Origin: Okamejei kenojei
Lineage: Eukaryota
Assembly: GCA_035221665.1 (NCBI GenBank)
Contig: CM069154.1
Span: 6,200,001 to 6,264,000, forward strand
Reading direction: 5' to 3'
DNA: 64,000 nt
The position numbers and the translations under genes were made by a program. Shown one piece after another: positions 35,860-50,179 of the stretch. The notes under the pieces were generated by a model. It searched no databases. It was not told the DNA's origin and saw only the letters and a list, made by a program, of their open reading frames with translations. Numbering within the stretch: position 1 is the first letter of the stretch; the number at the start of each line of letters is the position of its first letter.

Positions 35860-38201
35860 ATGTGGATTTCCCATTCTTCTCATCTCCTCGCTGCCCCGGT
35901 GAGTGTAAGCCAGATTCCACATTTGCGGACTGTCCGTGATAAATGAAATGAGATTGGATGGGATGGTGATGGAGATGATAATGATAATAAGGAAGGTTTA
36001 TGATGATAGATGAGCTGATGGGAATAGAATTTGTTTTTTTTATGGCTATGGTTATGGGAATGAGGGATGAAAGGGAATGATAGGATATATGAATTGGGGA
36101 GGGATGATAGGATGATATTGATGAGAATGATGAGGTAGTTTGGAAGAATAAATGATTGATGTTATAGGAGGGGTTGATTTAGGATGGGATTGAATGGGGA
36201 TGTTGGGATTGAAAGGAGGGGGGTTAATATGATTGAAATGAAAAGAATAGATGGATGATGGAGAGATGGTGATATAGTAAGAATATATAGGGTTGAAGGG
36301 AGATGGATGGAATAGATATGAGGAATAGATTAGGAAAATTGATTGTTGATGGATTAGGATTGTGAAATGGAGAGAGAATGGAATATGAGTATAGGAGATG
36401 GAGAATGGATTATCTGAAGGAAATTTAAGGGAGGAGTTGAAAATGATGATGGGATGATTTAAGGGAAAGAGAGGGGATTGAAGTGGAATATGGATAGGAG
36501 ATGATGTAATGGATATATTTGGATGGGAAATATGGAGAGATTTAGGAGTAGAATGGAATAGATGATGATTATATGAGAGAATATTGAAGGATAGGGGGAA
36601 GATGGAGATTGAATGAAGAAGGATATGGATGGATGAAGATGATATTGGTGAAAGGAATGGATGATAATGATGAGGGATGGAGGATATAAGTAGATGGATT
36701 GATTGGGATGTGAACGGGAGGGAGATAGGAAATTGGGATAAGAATTCAATTGGGATATGGGGGATGAAGAAGATGGATAAGAATGAGATAGAGGGATGAT
36801 ATTATATATGAGGATGGATAGGGAGGGGAATAGAATGGATGATTTCCGGGGAGGAATTATGGAATATGAAAGAATATAGATGGGATTTGTATATGATTAG
36901 GGGGGGATATAGAAAGGGGATAGAGGAGTATTAATAGAGATATGATGAGGGAGGAAGGAATGATAAAGGAGAGATGGATATGATATTGAGGGAGGGGGAT
37001 GATGAGGAGTTATGGATGATGGATATGGGGGATATAGCTGATATATGATATTATGAGAATGAGAAGAATAAAGATGAGGAGAGGGATTGAGGAATGATAG
37101 AATATTATAAGGGATGGAGGATGATATGGAGGGATTAGATAGGATGGGGTTTAATATTGAGATATAGGTGATGGGATAGATGAGATGGAGAAGATGAAAT
37201 GATATGGAGAGATATGAGGATTGACTAGGGAATAGAGAGGAAGGAGATGGATAATGGGTAGAGATTTGATGGTATGAATGAGATTGGAAGATATGGATAA
37301 ATAATGGGCTGTTTTAATGGAATGATAATATTGATGATATGTAAAGGAGGGGTAGAATAGGAGAGATTTCATAAATGAAGATAAGAATTGATGAGATAAT
37401 ATTTCCGGGAATCTGGCACCGCCCTGGGTTGAAGACATCCTTGACAAGTATTGTTAAATAGTTGTATAGTAGTTTATTTGTATATATGTTTGTCTGTATT
37501 GTGGTGGTGGGTTCCGTTTTTTGGTTTTATTGTATTGATAAATATTATTGTTAATTTTAATTGAATCAATATTTTGATAATTTAAAAAAAAAACTCGGGT
37601 CCGCCCAGTGTCGGATGAGAGTTGAATTGTGGCAGCGCAGCGGCGGCACGCCAATGAATTCAAATTGGGTATTTCTGTAGGGTGCGAGGCAGGGCACCGC
37701 CTGCACTTCAGACCGGATTCATTGGCCGTGTTTGAAACAATTTGACACTTTATGGAACGTTTTTTGTCATTTCTTTCATGTATAATCTTCAGATGTATTC
37801 TATTACCATTAAACATTTAATTTGCCTTCCCATCTGAAAGTTTCTCCGCTCAGTTTCAGGTGCAGTGTGGGCTAATGTGGGATGTATGTAAGAGGTGATG
37901 TTGGGATAGGGCGATCAACAATCGATTGTCACTATGCAGCAGGTACCGATCAAACACAAATTACTGGTGCCTTGGGAAGGATAGAGTCGATTGAGCAGAG
38001 TTTTAGTGGAAACTTAATGGGCAACACGGACGGTGAGTGGGAGTGACGTAGTATCATCAAAGATAGCCGGCTCGAGGAATATGTTACTGTTCCCTTTGGG
38101 GATCGCTTCTCTCTGCAAGATACAGGGATGGCAACAGCTGTGGGGAATTAAAATTCTGCCGACCATCCAATATTTACGTTTATTCAACGAAGTATTTGAC
38201 G
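35860..38201 (+). other. Error-rich duplicate of gene 3 leader (35860-35898) and V1 exon (about 37854-38201); probable assembly artefact
   Basis: Colinear with 45033-45871 but with dense scattered indels; near a contig end. Confidence 0.65.
35937..37400. repeat. Aperiodic, almost C-free G/A/T low-complexity tract
   Basis: About 1.46 kb with very few C; absent from the duplicate copy at about 45095-45105. Confidence 0.9.
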
Positions 38202-38657
38202 GTTATTTCGCAGCGAATGTCTTGTCCCCAATAAACAGCGAAACTTTGGGCTACTATTTCAGTATAGTTTATTGTAACTGTTTTTTTTTTGAAACGGATG
38301 TACAGTGAAAAAGCTTTTTGGTTGGCCCCCCCCTTACGAAGGCAGCGGAAGGGAAAGACAATACACGATGACAATAGTTCCTCATACAGTGCATAGATAC
38401 TTGAAAAAGGAAATTACGTTTAGTGTATGGCAAAGCAGCAAGTCCGATCAAGGGTGTCCGAGGGTCATCAAAGAGGTAGATTGGAGTTCAGCACTGCTCT
38501 ATGGATTGTGGTAGGATGATTCAGACGCTGTGACAGTTGGGGAAGAAATTGTCCCCGAATCTGCGGTGTGATTTTTCACGCTAATAACGCTCTCGGGTAA
38601 GGGACCTGGAATGAGGTGAGTGAATGGTGCGAGTGGAGAGTATGATGAGTGGGTGGG

Positions 38658-39391
38658 NNNNNNNNNNNNNNNNNNNNNNNNNNNNNNNNNNNNNNNNNNN
38701 NNNNNNNNNNNNNNNNNNNNNNNNNNNNNNNNNNNNNNNNNNNNNNNNNNNNNNNNNNNNNNNNNNNNNNNNNNNNNNNNNNNNNNNNNNNNNNNNNNNN
38801 NNNNNNNNNNNNNNNNNNNNNNNNNNNNNNNNNNNNNNNNNNNNNNNNNNNNNNNNNNNNNNNNNNNNNNNNNNNNNNNNNNNNNNNNNNNNNNNNNNNN
38901 NNNNNNNNNNNNNNNNNNNNNNNNNNNNNNNNNNNNNNNNNNNNNNNNNNNNNNNNNNNNNNNNNNNNNNNNNNNNNNNNNNNNNNNNNNNNNNNNNNNN
39001 NNNNNNNNNNNNNNNNNNNNNNNNNNNNNNNNNNNNNNNNNNNNNNNNNNNNNNNNNNNNNNNNNNNNNNNNNNNNNNNNNNNNNNNNNNNNNNNNNNNN
39101 NNNNNNNNNNNNNNNNNNNNNNNNNNNNNNNNNNNNNNNNNNNNNNNNNNNNNNNNNNNNNNNNNNNNNNNNNNNNNNNNNNNNNNNNNNNNNNNNNNNN
39201 NNNNNNNNNNNNNNNNNNNNNNNNNNNNNNNNNNNNNNNNNNNNNNNNNNNNNNNNNNNNNNNNNNNNNNNNNNNNNNNNNNNNNNNNNNNNNNNNNNNN
39301 NNNNNNNNNNNNNNNNNNNNNNNNNNNNNNNNNNNNNNNNNNNNNNNNNNNNNNNNNNNNNNNNNNNNNNNNNNNNNNNNNNNNNNNNNNN
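38658..39391. other. Assembly gap
   Basis: Run of N. Confidence 1.
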
Positions 39392-40870
39392 TCTTTCTCC
39401 AAACTGATCTCCGTTGACCCTGCTGCGTCGCCCCGCTCACTTCACCCCAGTAATGAAGCAAATTTCAGGTAATGCTTCCAAAGTATTTACCGTCTCGTTT
39501 CCTCCCAGGGACTAACCTCGTGCTCTTAGCCCATGTTACATCTCATGGAGAGTGGGGCGCTGGAGGCTGCTCTTATCCGGCTTGTTGTTCGGAGTATCCT
39601 CATACAGCGTGTGTTCTCCATGAGGCTCGAAGGTAGGTTTTTAGTGTCATTGGTTTCGTTATTAGCTTTAGTGAAGTTATTGGGGCCTTTCTGCCCATCT
39701 TATCTAATCCGCCCACTAATCTCGGAGTGTGCTACCAATTCCGCTCGATCCCTTGCTCGGCCTTCTCCCCTAACTTTGACTTCCTTATTTATCAGTATAT
39801 GAAAAAAAAATCTCCGGCTTTTAAATATCAATGATTTGGACAGTTACAAAGTGCTGATATGTAGCTCGGCGGGGACAGGGCGGCAGCATCTCCGGGGTGA
39901 ATTGGACTTGGACCTCCACAGCCTTCCCGTGGGTAATGAATAATACGTAAAGTCACCACCTCTCCCGACCAAACAATCACTTCTACTTCGCCGAATGTTT
40001 CCTAACGGTGTTCCATTAATGCTTTCGAATTTCTGTCCTTTGATAGTACAAAAACCGTGCATCGTTTTCAGTTCCGAAGTTTTGTAACCAAAGTGTTATG
40101 TGGTTGATATATACGAGGTTTTGTCTAATTGTCCGTGTCAGGTGGAATTCTGTACCCGGGGTGTGGGTTCATTGGGGTACATTCTTCCAGACAGCATTAT
40201 GTTGGGGGTTTCACTAAAGGCTGGAAGAGAAATACTCTGCGGGGTGCTGCAGCTTCTTAGGGGCGTGGAGATTGGCGAGCGTTTCGAGGCGTCGAGACCC
40301 TTCTTCAGAACTAGGGTGGGACCAGGGTGGCGCGACGTTTCGGGTCGGTGACCTTATTCAGAACATGGTTCACTGGGTGTGGGGGACATGTCTTTGATTT
40401 TGGTTTTTTTGGCAGTGGTGGTCTCCGATCCTCATTTTGGTGCTCCCTATATTTTGAGGAAGGACAATCCTTGTGGTATTGAGGCTGTGCGGCGTTGGTT
40501 CGCGCGTGCTTGTTCCTGGGTCGGGGGGACTGTTCTTTGAGGAAAATTTCAAATGTCTAGGCTTGTATTCTCTGGAGTTTTGAAGGATGAGGTGTGGAAT
40601 CGTATTATTTTAGATTCAGATTTAAAATTATAAATGTTGTGACTGGCCTATTTGTTGCTGTTGCCAACCCGCTGAGTTTCTCCAGCCTTTTGTGTTACCT
40701 CGATTCTCCAGCATCTGCAGTTTGGCTTTAACAGCAATTGTGTTGGGAGCGGCGGGTCAAATTAAAGTTTCCCACTGTCTGTGAGTCTGATGACTTCACA
40801 TTGTCTTTTGCAGTGATGAGACACGATGAGTCAGAATCTCGCCACTCGGACCACGAATTACAATGAAGAC
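39392..40870 (+). other. Error-rich duplicate of gene 2 TM and tail exons; probable assembly artefact
   Basis: Colinear with 30225-31620 with dense indels, directly after an N gap. Confidence 0.65.
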
Positions 40871-43800
40871 TCCTAGCTTGCACCAGCATTGAGGGAATTC
40901 TGCACGCGATGATTAATATTTATGGCAATCGTCCTGCTTTTGTCAGCAGAATATCTACTGGACAAAATATACGTCTGCAATTCAACCATTTCATGAAAGT
41001 GACTCTCTTCAAAGCAATGTTCCAAACTTTCCAAACTATATGTTTCCCAATTCTCATTTCCCGCACTGATCTTAATTTGTGTCACCTCTTCCAAGGTTTC
41101 TTTCGTCACATTCAAATATTGTTTTATCATTTGCATGGTTTCTGTTGCTCCAGCATCTTTTACTCTGTTTTAATACTATATTTATATGCATTCAACATAA
41201 AGGGAAAAAAAATGATTTTCACTGATTAATGAACAATAATGCATCAGAATGCTTCTTAATAATTTGTTATTGTCGATTTAAATCGCTTGTCCAATTTGTT
41301 TTGTGTAGACTGCAACTTTAGTGATGAAGAACAGACTGCAATCAGACTGCTGGATAATCCTCCTGTTGTCAAACATTAAAGGCGTTTTAGGAAAGGCAAA
41401 TCAATGAATCTTTTTCAAACCTTGCTTTCTATCAGGACAAAATATGCAACGACATTGTTCAGACGATTAGCATTATTTTTCGCTCCACATATGTTGACTG
41501 ACGCGCTAAGCACATCCAACATCTGCAGATTTAATTTCCGATATGCAACTAATTTTTAGGTAGGAAGGAACTGCAGATGCTGATGATTTAAACTGAAGAT
41601 ACAACATCAATTGCTGGGGTAACTCAGCGTGACAGGCGGCATCTGCGGATAGATCAGATAGGTTTAGGCGGACTGAGCGGCGATGTTCAGCGAAACGATC
41701 GCCGAGCCTGCGCTTGTTTTCGCTTCTCGGCGATCGTTTCGCTGAATACCGCCACATCAGACGGCCTAAATCTATCTGATTTCCCGGTCGCTCAAACACT
41801 TTAACACCCGCTCCCATTCCCACACAGGTGAACAATTTCAATCCTGGGCATCCTCCTTTGTCATAGTGAGCCCCAGCGCAAATTGGATGAACAGCACCTC
41901 ATCCATCCGGAAAGTGGCGGCGCTGCCTGGCAGCTGCGGCTCGCCTGCAGTCCGTCTGTTTTTTTCTTTTCTTTTTGTTTTCTTGTGTCTGTCTTGGGGG
42001 GGGGGGGGGGGGGGGAGGGGGGGAACAAGGTTTTAGTCTCTCCCTTCGGGGGGGATGCGACTTTTCTTGTCGTGTCCCCCGCCACCGTCTTTCTGTGCTG
42101 AGGCCTAATGACGGAGCTGGCGACCTCGAAGTCTGTGGCGGCGTTCCAGCGTTATAGCGGCGGCGGCGGCACGGCTTCAGAGCTGTGGCGGTGTTACGGC
42201 GGCGGCACGGCTTCAGAGCTGGGTGCTCCAGCGGCGTTCCAGCTGAGGCGTTCCAGCGGCGCGACTCGACTTCAGAAACTGTGGTGTGGCGTTCCAGCGT
42301 TTCCGGTAGCGGACCCGGCGTCAGAGCTGCGGCGGTGTTCCAGTGTTCCAGCGGCGGACCAGGCTTCAGAGCAGTGGCGGGGTTCCAGCGTCCCGGCGAG
42401 GGCGGGTGGCGGCAGCCCGGCTTTGGAAGCTCGGCCCGCGTGGACGACAACGTCGGAGGCCTGGATCGCTCAGTGCAGAGGGAGAACAGGAGTACTTTAA
42501 GACTTTTGCCTTCCACCACAGTGAGGAGGTGCCTGGTGAACTCACTGTGATGGATGTTAAATATGTGTTTATTGTGTTTTGTTTTTTATTATATATATGA
42601 CTGCAAGGCAGCCAAATTTCGTTTAGACCGAAAGGTCTGAATGACAATAAAGGATAGTTTGACTTTGATATTTCGCTTGGGCAGCTTACATCCCAGCCGT
42701 GTGAACATTGACTTAACTAACTTCAAGTAACCCGTGTGTTTCCTCTCAATCCACCCCCCCCCCCCCCCCACCCCCCCCCCCCCCCCCCTTCCCAGTTCTC
42801 CGATCAGTCTGACAGTTCCGATTACATTTTATCTCGAATTGCTTTGTTGTTACCTTCTCCCAGCTAACAATGATCTATTCTACATTGTCCTTGACCTCCA
42901 TCCCCTTTGTCCCGTTTCCAAACCACGGATACTTATCCAAGTATCTCCTTCTCCCCTGGCTTCACCCGTTCCTTTCATCCATAGATGCTGCCTGTCCCGC
43001 TGAGTTACTCCAGCATGTTGTGTAACAATATGTTTTGGATTATGTGATTGAATGGTACAGCATGGATACAGACCATTTGGCCCACGAGTACACGTCAAGC
43101 AGCGATCAACCCTTTCACACTAATTCAATATCGCCCCACTTTCGCGTCTTTTGAGTACGGTAATATTGATAAAACATTTTAATGCTGCAACGAGTTATTC
43201 ATTTTGTCTACCGTACAAATGAGTTAAAGGACAAAAATAAAGGCCACGGTGGCGCAGCGGTCGAGTTGCTGCCGTACAGCCCTTGCAGCGCCGGAGACCC
43301 GGGTTCGATGTGTCCGGAGTTTGTACGTTCTCCCCGTGATCGCATGGGGTTTCTTCGCGATCTTTCGCCTCCTCCCACACTCCAAAGACGTACAGGTATG
43401 TTAGGTAATTGGCTTGCTATTAATGAAAATTGTCCCCAGTGTGTATGCTGTGTGTGGATTCGCTGCTGACGCTTTGCTCGCGCTGCTGAAACAAGGGTGT
43501 GCAGATTCGTATCTATGAACCGCATTTTGTGAGCAACTCGTTGTAACACTGTTTGCTGAACAGTGTTTGCAGAATTCATGGGTCAATGGCGAATGAAGAC
43601 AGAATTTAAATTGTTTTGGTGCATCGTCGGTTCCTCTCTGCAGTGTTTTTACTTGGGCAACTAAACAGGAAATAGCTCCTAAAAAAAGATCCTTAACTGA
43701 GGGCCGCCAACGCTCATCTAACATCAGTGGCGGACACATCAGTGTGTTACACAGATACCACGTGATGTACAACTTTGCCACTGATGGACACAACCCGAAT

Positions 43801-44899
43801 AAACTGCACTGTTCCCCTGAAAGTAACACACCCAGAACGATAGCCCGCTGCAGATATTAGGTTATATTATAATGCAACTATTTGCCGACAGATTGAAATG
43901 AATCGATGCAAGCAGATGTAAAAAGTCAGCAACTGACATGTACATGAACAGAACGCTGATAATTTATTAGCTCTGTATTGCAATGAAGACAAGTTAACAA
44001 TTCAATTCGCCGTGCATATTCTACCTTGCTTTAACTTCACTAAGTGTATCACTTCGCCCTTGTTTCAGTTACATTACACATGTCAGTTACACTACACATC
44101 CGGCTTTCCCAGCTGATCTCCACCATGTGGTAATTCTAGACAAACTTCTTCACAGTCCACTACACCATTAATTGTCATTTTCAAAACGTGAATAGCATGA
44201 CAATAGTGTTTCAAAGTTTGAATTAAAGAGTTGAATCAGAGAGGAGAGGGTCAAACTCCAATTAACCTCAGCTGATTTCAGGTGAAAAGCCCGTCATTCC
44301 TAACGCCAGCTTCCTGTTTTTCATCAGTAATATGCCACAACAAAAGTTCTAATGATTATATTTTTGATCTGCCGGTCCACTTACAAAATCAACAAGAGGA
44401 AATGATCGAAGTGTACACATCTTAGACGTTAATACACTTCTAAATGTCACATTTTATCCAATGTATCATTGTTTACAAGAAGGGTCCCGACCCGAAATAT
44501 CACCTATCCATTTCATCCAGCGGTGCTGCCTGGTCCGCAGAGTTCCTCCTGCATTTTTTTTTTTGTCTATCATTATTTCCACCACTGTTCAGTGTTAACA
44601 GACAGAGCACAGAGATAATCGCCGCTCCAACTTAACGGATACATCATATTTGACAAAGTGGTTGAAGCAGCTGCAATAACAACATGTAACGAGCACTTGG
44701 ACAGGTCCATTATGGGGAAGGTTTGTGGAGTTTCGGGTTGAACGTGGGCAAATGTGACTAACTTAGATGAGCATATTGATCTAACGCGTTGAAGAGAAGG
44801 GCCTGTTTCCGTGACGTATGACTCTGTGATCATCTGACCCAACCATTTGTTAAATATAACCCTGAGCCTTTCACACTGTAACGTGTCGAGCTGCTGTTG

Positions 44900-44950
44900 G
44901 CTCGCTGTGGTTCAGGAACTGGCGTCCTGTTCCCTTCCTCCTCATTGCTA
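44900..44950 (+). promoter_or_regulatory. Candidate proximal promoter of gene 3 (RUNX and ETS motifs)
   Basis: TGTGGTT 44906-44912 next to CAGGAA, and CTTCCTC 44934-44940; homologous to the gene 2 promoter block. Confidence 0.35.
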
Positions 44951-45032
44951 TTTGAGAGATGCGATTGTATCTGAGAGCTCAGAGCTGAGTGACAGGCAGA
45001 CAAGTGCTGGCCTCGTCACTGTGGACAAAACA

Positions 45033-45069
45033 ATGTGGATTCCCATTCTTCTCATCTCCTCGCTGCCCG
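45033..45069 (+). CDS. Gene 3 leader exon
   Basis: ATG TGG ATT CCC ATT CTT CTC ATC TCC TCG CTG CCC G|gtgagt; splices to give MWIPILLISSLPVSGA-VW, a typical signal peptide. Confidence 0.85.
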
Positions 45070-45550
45070 GTGAGTGAAAGCCAGATCCACACATGCGCCT
45101 GGGGGATTTCCGGGACATCTGGGCACCGCCCTGGGTTGAATACATCCTTGACAAGTATTGTAACATAGTTGTATAGTAGTTTATTTAGTATATATGTTTG
45201 TCTTGTATTGTGGTGGTGGGTTCCGTTTTGTTTTATTGTATTGTAAATATTATTGTTAATAATTGAATCAATAATTTGATAATTTAAAAAAAACACGGGT
45301 CCGGCCCAGTGTCGGATGAGAGATGAATGTTGGCAGCGCAGCCGGCGGCACCGCCAATGAAATAGCAAATTGGGGTATTTCTGTAGGGTGAGAGGCCGGG
45401 CACCGCCTGCACTTCAGACCGGATACATTGGCCGTGAAACAATATGACACATTATGGAACGTTTTAACTTTTCTTTCATGTAATCTTCAAAATGTATCTA
45501 TTACCATTAAACAGTTAATTTGCCCTCCATCTGAAAGTTTCTCCGCTCAG

Positions 45551-45871
45551 TTTCAGGTGCAGTGTGGGCTAAGTGGGATGTAAGAGGAGATGTTGGAAGG
45601 GCGATCACAATCGATTGTCACTATGCAGCAGAGTACCGCACAAACACAAAATACTGGTGCCGTGGGAAGAGTCGATTGTGCAGAGTTTTAGTGGAAACTA
45701 ATGGGCAACACGGACGGAGTGGAAGAGTATCAATCACAGATAGCCCGGCACGAGGAATATTTACTGTGACTGTGGAGGATCTTCACTCTGAAGATACAGG
45801 ATGGTACAGCTGTGGAATTACAACATCTGCCGACCATCCAATATTTAACGTTTATCTCGAAGTATTTGACG
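45551..45871 (+). CDS. Gene 3 V domain 1 exon (CD300/pIgR-like)
   Basis: ctccgctcag|TT TCA GGT GCA GTG TGG...TTT GAC G|gtacgt; IDCHY..KYWCRGKSRLC..DTGWYSCG. Confidence 0.9.
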
Positions 45872-46299
45872 GTACGTTTCGCAGCGAATGTCTCTGTCCC
45901 CAATAAACAGCGGAACATTGGGCTCCCAATTCAGTATAGTTTATTGTCACGTGTACGGAGGTACAGTGAAAAGCTTTTTTGTTGCGTACTAAGCAGCGAA
46001 GGGAAAGACAATACACGATTACAATCGATCCTCTTACAGTGCATAGATACATGAAAAGGAAATTACGTTTAGTGTAAGGCAAAGCCAGCAAAGTCCGATC
46101 AAGGGTCGTCCGAGGGTCATCAAAGAGGTAGATAGGAGTTCAGCACTGCTCTATGGATGTGGTAGCATGATTCAGATGCCAGATAACAGCTGGGAAGAAA
46201 TTGTCCCCGAATCTGCCGGTGTGCTTTTTCACGCTAATAACGCTGTCCGGTAAGGAACCTGGAATCGGGTGGTGAATGGGCGAGTGGTGAGTAGGTGAG

Positions 46300-47180
46300 T
46301 GGTTGGGTGAGTGGGCAGATGCATGGCAGACGAAGTTTAATGTGGATAAATGTGAGGTTATCCACTTTAGTAGCAAAAGCAGGAAGGCAGATTATTATCT
46401 GAATGGTGTCAGGTTGGGAAAAGGGGAAGTACAAAGAGATCTGGGGGCCCTTGTTCATCACTCACTGAAAGTAAGCAGGCAGTTGCAGCAGGCAGTGAAG
46501 AAAGCTGGTGGCATGTTGACCTTAATAACAAGAGGAGTTGAGTATAGGAGCAACGCGGTCCTTCTGCAGTTGTACATGGCCCGAGTGAGACCACACCTGG
46601 ATAATTGTGTGCAGTTTTGAACTCCAAATTTGAGGAAGGGCCTTCTTGCTATTGAGGGAGTGCAGCGTAGGTTCACAAGGTTAATTCCCGGGATGGCGGG
46701 ACTGCCATGTGTTGATTGAATGGAGCGGCTGCGCTTGTACACTCTGGAATTTAGAAGGATGAGATGGGATCTTATTGAAACATATAAGATTATTAAGGGA
46801 TTGCTAGAGGCAGGAAATATTTTCCCGATATTGGGGAGTCCAGAACCAGGGGCCACAGTTTAAGAATAATGGATAGAACATTTAGAACGGAGATGAGGAA
46901 AAACGTTTTCACCCAGAGAGTTGTGAATCTGTGGAATTCTCTGCCTCAGAAGGCAGTGGAGGTCGATTCCCTGGATGCATTCAAAAGAGAGATAGATAGA
47001 GCTCTTTGGGCTAGCGGAATCAGGGGATATGGGGAAAGGCAGGAACGGGGTACTGATTGTGGATGATCAGCCATGATCACATTGAATGGCGGTGCTGGCT
47101 CGAAGGGCTGAATGGCCTACTACTGCACATATTGTCTATGTATCTGTGTATCTATGTATATATTTATCTATGTATGTATC
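46300..47180 (+). mobile_element. CR1 LINE 3' fragment
   Basis: WQTKFNVDKCEVIHF, RPHLDNCVQF; tatgtatc-type tail. Confidence 0.88.
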
Positions 47181-47830
47181 TACATTTCATTGTGTCTCCA
47201 CATCTCATATTGAAAAGCAAGGTCAATCAAAACTTGAGCAAGAGAGCATTATACCTGTTAGAGAAACTGGGCGCACTGGTTTCCTCATGATTGTTTTCGG
47301 TTATTACTTTTGTATTTGAAATGAACCCTACTGCTGTTAACGACTCGCGACTAATGTTCTCAGTCAGGGCGTTGTAAAAGCTGTGGAGGCGGTGAATGTC
47401 TAAACACGGGTCCGGCCCAGTGTCGGTTGAGAGATGAATGTTGGCAGCGCAGCCGGCGGCACCGCCAATAAAATAGCAAAGTGGGGTATTTCTGTAGGGT
47501 GAGAGGTCGGCACCGCCTGGGATTGTTGAAATGCAGCTCCTGCAACACTGCCGCGCTCCCTCAGTCCCGCACTGCGATCCCAGCCCAGTTTCTGCTCAGG
47601 GATCTGGAGTGGGAAGTGAACCCTAATTGTACTGACCCGGGGACAGAACACTGACACAACAGGGACAATAACAGCACTGTCTGCACTTCAGACCGGAGAC
47701 ATTGGCCGGGAAGCAATATGACACATCATGGAACGATGTAAGTTTTCTTTCATGTAATCTTAAAAATGTTTCTATTTCCATTAAACAGTTCATTTGCCCT
47801 CCGTCTGAAAGATTCTCTCCTCCATTTCAG

Positions 47831-48145
47831 GTGCAGTGTGGGGAGAGACGTATGTAAGAGGAGTTGTGGGAAGGGCGATCACAATCGATTGCCACTATGC
47901 AGCAGAGTACCGCTCACACACAAAATACTGGTGCCGTGTGCGGAGTCGCCAATGTACAGATTTGGTGGAAACAAATGGGCAACATGGACGGAGTGGAAGA
48001 GTGTCAATCACAGATAACCCGGCACGTGGAATATTTAATATGACTTTGGAAGATCTTCACTCTGCAGATACAGGATGGTACAGGTGTGGAATTGCAACAT
48101 CTAACGGCCGTCCAATGTTAAACGTAGAACTCCAAGTATCTGACG
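47831..48145 (+). CDS. Gene 3 V domain 2 exon
   Basis: ctcctccatttcag|GT GCA GTG TGG...GAC G|gtacgt; KYWCRVRSRQC, DTGWYRCG; phase 1/1. Confidence 0.88.
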
Positions 48146-48344
48146 GTACGTTTCGCAGCGATTGACTTGACGTCTCCACTGAAATGACTGATCCATGTTT
48201 TCTCCGAGAAGGGTCAGGGCAGCACCGATATCGCGAGGCTCCGCAGCAGTGCAGAGACCTGCGGGGAGCGAGTGGGGATCGGGAAACCCCACTCATTTTG
48301 CTATCACCCTGTGCGGGCTCTGTCCTACTGAGCGGCCACCCATT

Positions 48345-49785
48345 TAGAAACATAGAAACATAGAAATAGGTGCAGGACGAGGACATTCGGCCCTTCGAGC
48401 AAGCACCGTCATTCATTGGGATTATGGCTGACCGTCCCGAATCAATAACCCGTGTCTGTCTTCTCCCCATATCCATTGATTCCACTAGCCCCTGGAGCTC
48501 TATCTGACTCTCTCTTAAATCCATCCAGTGATTTGGCCTCCACTGCCCTCTGTGGCAGGGAATTCCGCAAATTCACAACTCGCTGGGTGAAGACGTTTTT
48601 TCTCAGCTCAATCTTAAATGGCCTCCCCTTTATTCTAAGACTGTGGCCCCTGGTTCTGGACTCGTCCAACATTGGGAACATTTTTCCTGCATCTAGTTAG
48701 TCCAGTCCTTTTATAATTTTATGTGTTTCTATAAGATCCCCCCTTCCTTCTAAACTCCAGTGAATACAAGCCTAGTCTTTTCAATCTTACCTCATAAGAC
48801 AGTCCCGCCATCCCAGGGATCAATCTCGTGAGCCTACGCTGCACTGCCTCAATCACAAGGATGTCCTTCCTCAAATTATACCAAAACTGTACAAAATACA
48901 CCTGATGTGGTCTTACCAGAGCCCTAATCAACTGCAGAAGGACCTCTCTACTCCTATACTGAAATCCTCTTGTTATGAAGGCCAAAATTCCATTAGCTTT
49001 CTTCACGGCCTGCTGTACCTGCACGCCAACTTTCAGTGACCGGTGTACAATGACACCCAGGTCTCCCTGTACCTCCCCCTTACCTAACCTAACCCCGTTG
49101 AGATAATAATCTGCCCCCTTGTTTTTTCCACCAAAGCGGATAACCTCACATTTCTCCATATTATACTGCATCTGCCACGCAACTGCCCACTCACTCAACC
49201 TGTCCAGGTCACCCTACAACCTCCTAACATCCTCTTCACAGTTCACACTGCCACCCAGCTTTGTGTCATCCGCAAACTTGCTGGTGTTGCTCCTAATTCC
49301 CTCTTCCAAATCATTAATATATATGGTAAACAGTGGCGGCCCCAACAACGAGCCTTGCGGCACTCCACTCGCCACTGCCTGCCATTCTGAAAAGGACCCG
49401 TGCACTCCTACTCTTTGCTTCCTATCTGCCAACCAATTTTCGATCCACGTCAACACCCTACCCCCAATACCATGCGCTCTAATTTTAGTCACCCGTCTCC
49501 CGTGCGGGACCTTTTCAAAGGCTTTCTGAAAGTCTAGATACACAACATCCACTGGCACCCCTTCATCCATTTTACTTGTCACATCCTCAAAAAAATTCCA
49601 GAAGATTAGTCAAGCATGATTTTCCTTTCATAAATCCATGCTGACTTGGACTAATCCTTTTACTGCTATCCAAATGCCCCATTATTACCTCTTTAATAAT
49701 TTACTGCAGCATCTTTCCCACCACCGAAGTCAGGCTAACTGGTCTGTAATTCCCTGTTTTCTCTCTCGCTCCTTTTTTGAAAAGT
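48345..49785 (-). mobile_element. CR1 LINE, 5'-truncated, inserted in the intron after V2
   Basis: RT ORFs 49214-49582 and 48719-49198; interrupts intron sequence that is contiguous at 7340-7460 and 52860-52980. Confidence 0.9.
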
Positions 49786-50179
49786 GGAATTTAACTTCAC
49801 TTGCACTTCACTTTTCACTTCATGTGGGATGCTCAGCACATTTCCATTCCTCTGAACTGTATGAAATTTCACCCCGTCAGAAGTTTGCATTCCGACACAA
49901 ACTAATAATCCGACAGTGAGAAACAAGTGTTGCTCGCGGTCTGAATACCCCGAGAGTTTTTTTTAATCAGTCCCCAGAGCTCAACAGACTGCGATCAGTC
50001 CTCCCGGGGTAGGCCATCCCGCTTCCCGCCACCACCTCAGGGATCAGTCACTCCCTCCCAAACCCCGGGCAATCTCTCTCTCTCTCCCTCTGTCCCGTCA
50101 ATGCGCCCCCACCCCCAGCAGCCACTGTCCACCCACCGCCCGGCAGCCAGCCAGCCTCTCCACCCGGACATTTCCCCGG

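Noticed and set aside
37854-38201. Independent V pseudogene
   Set aside because: The indel pattern and position at a contig end indicate an erroneous copy of 45551-45871.
38499-39472. Long ORFs of 250-320 aa
   Set aside because: Artefacts of translating through N runs; the same applies to 30042-30432.
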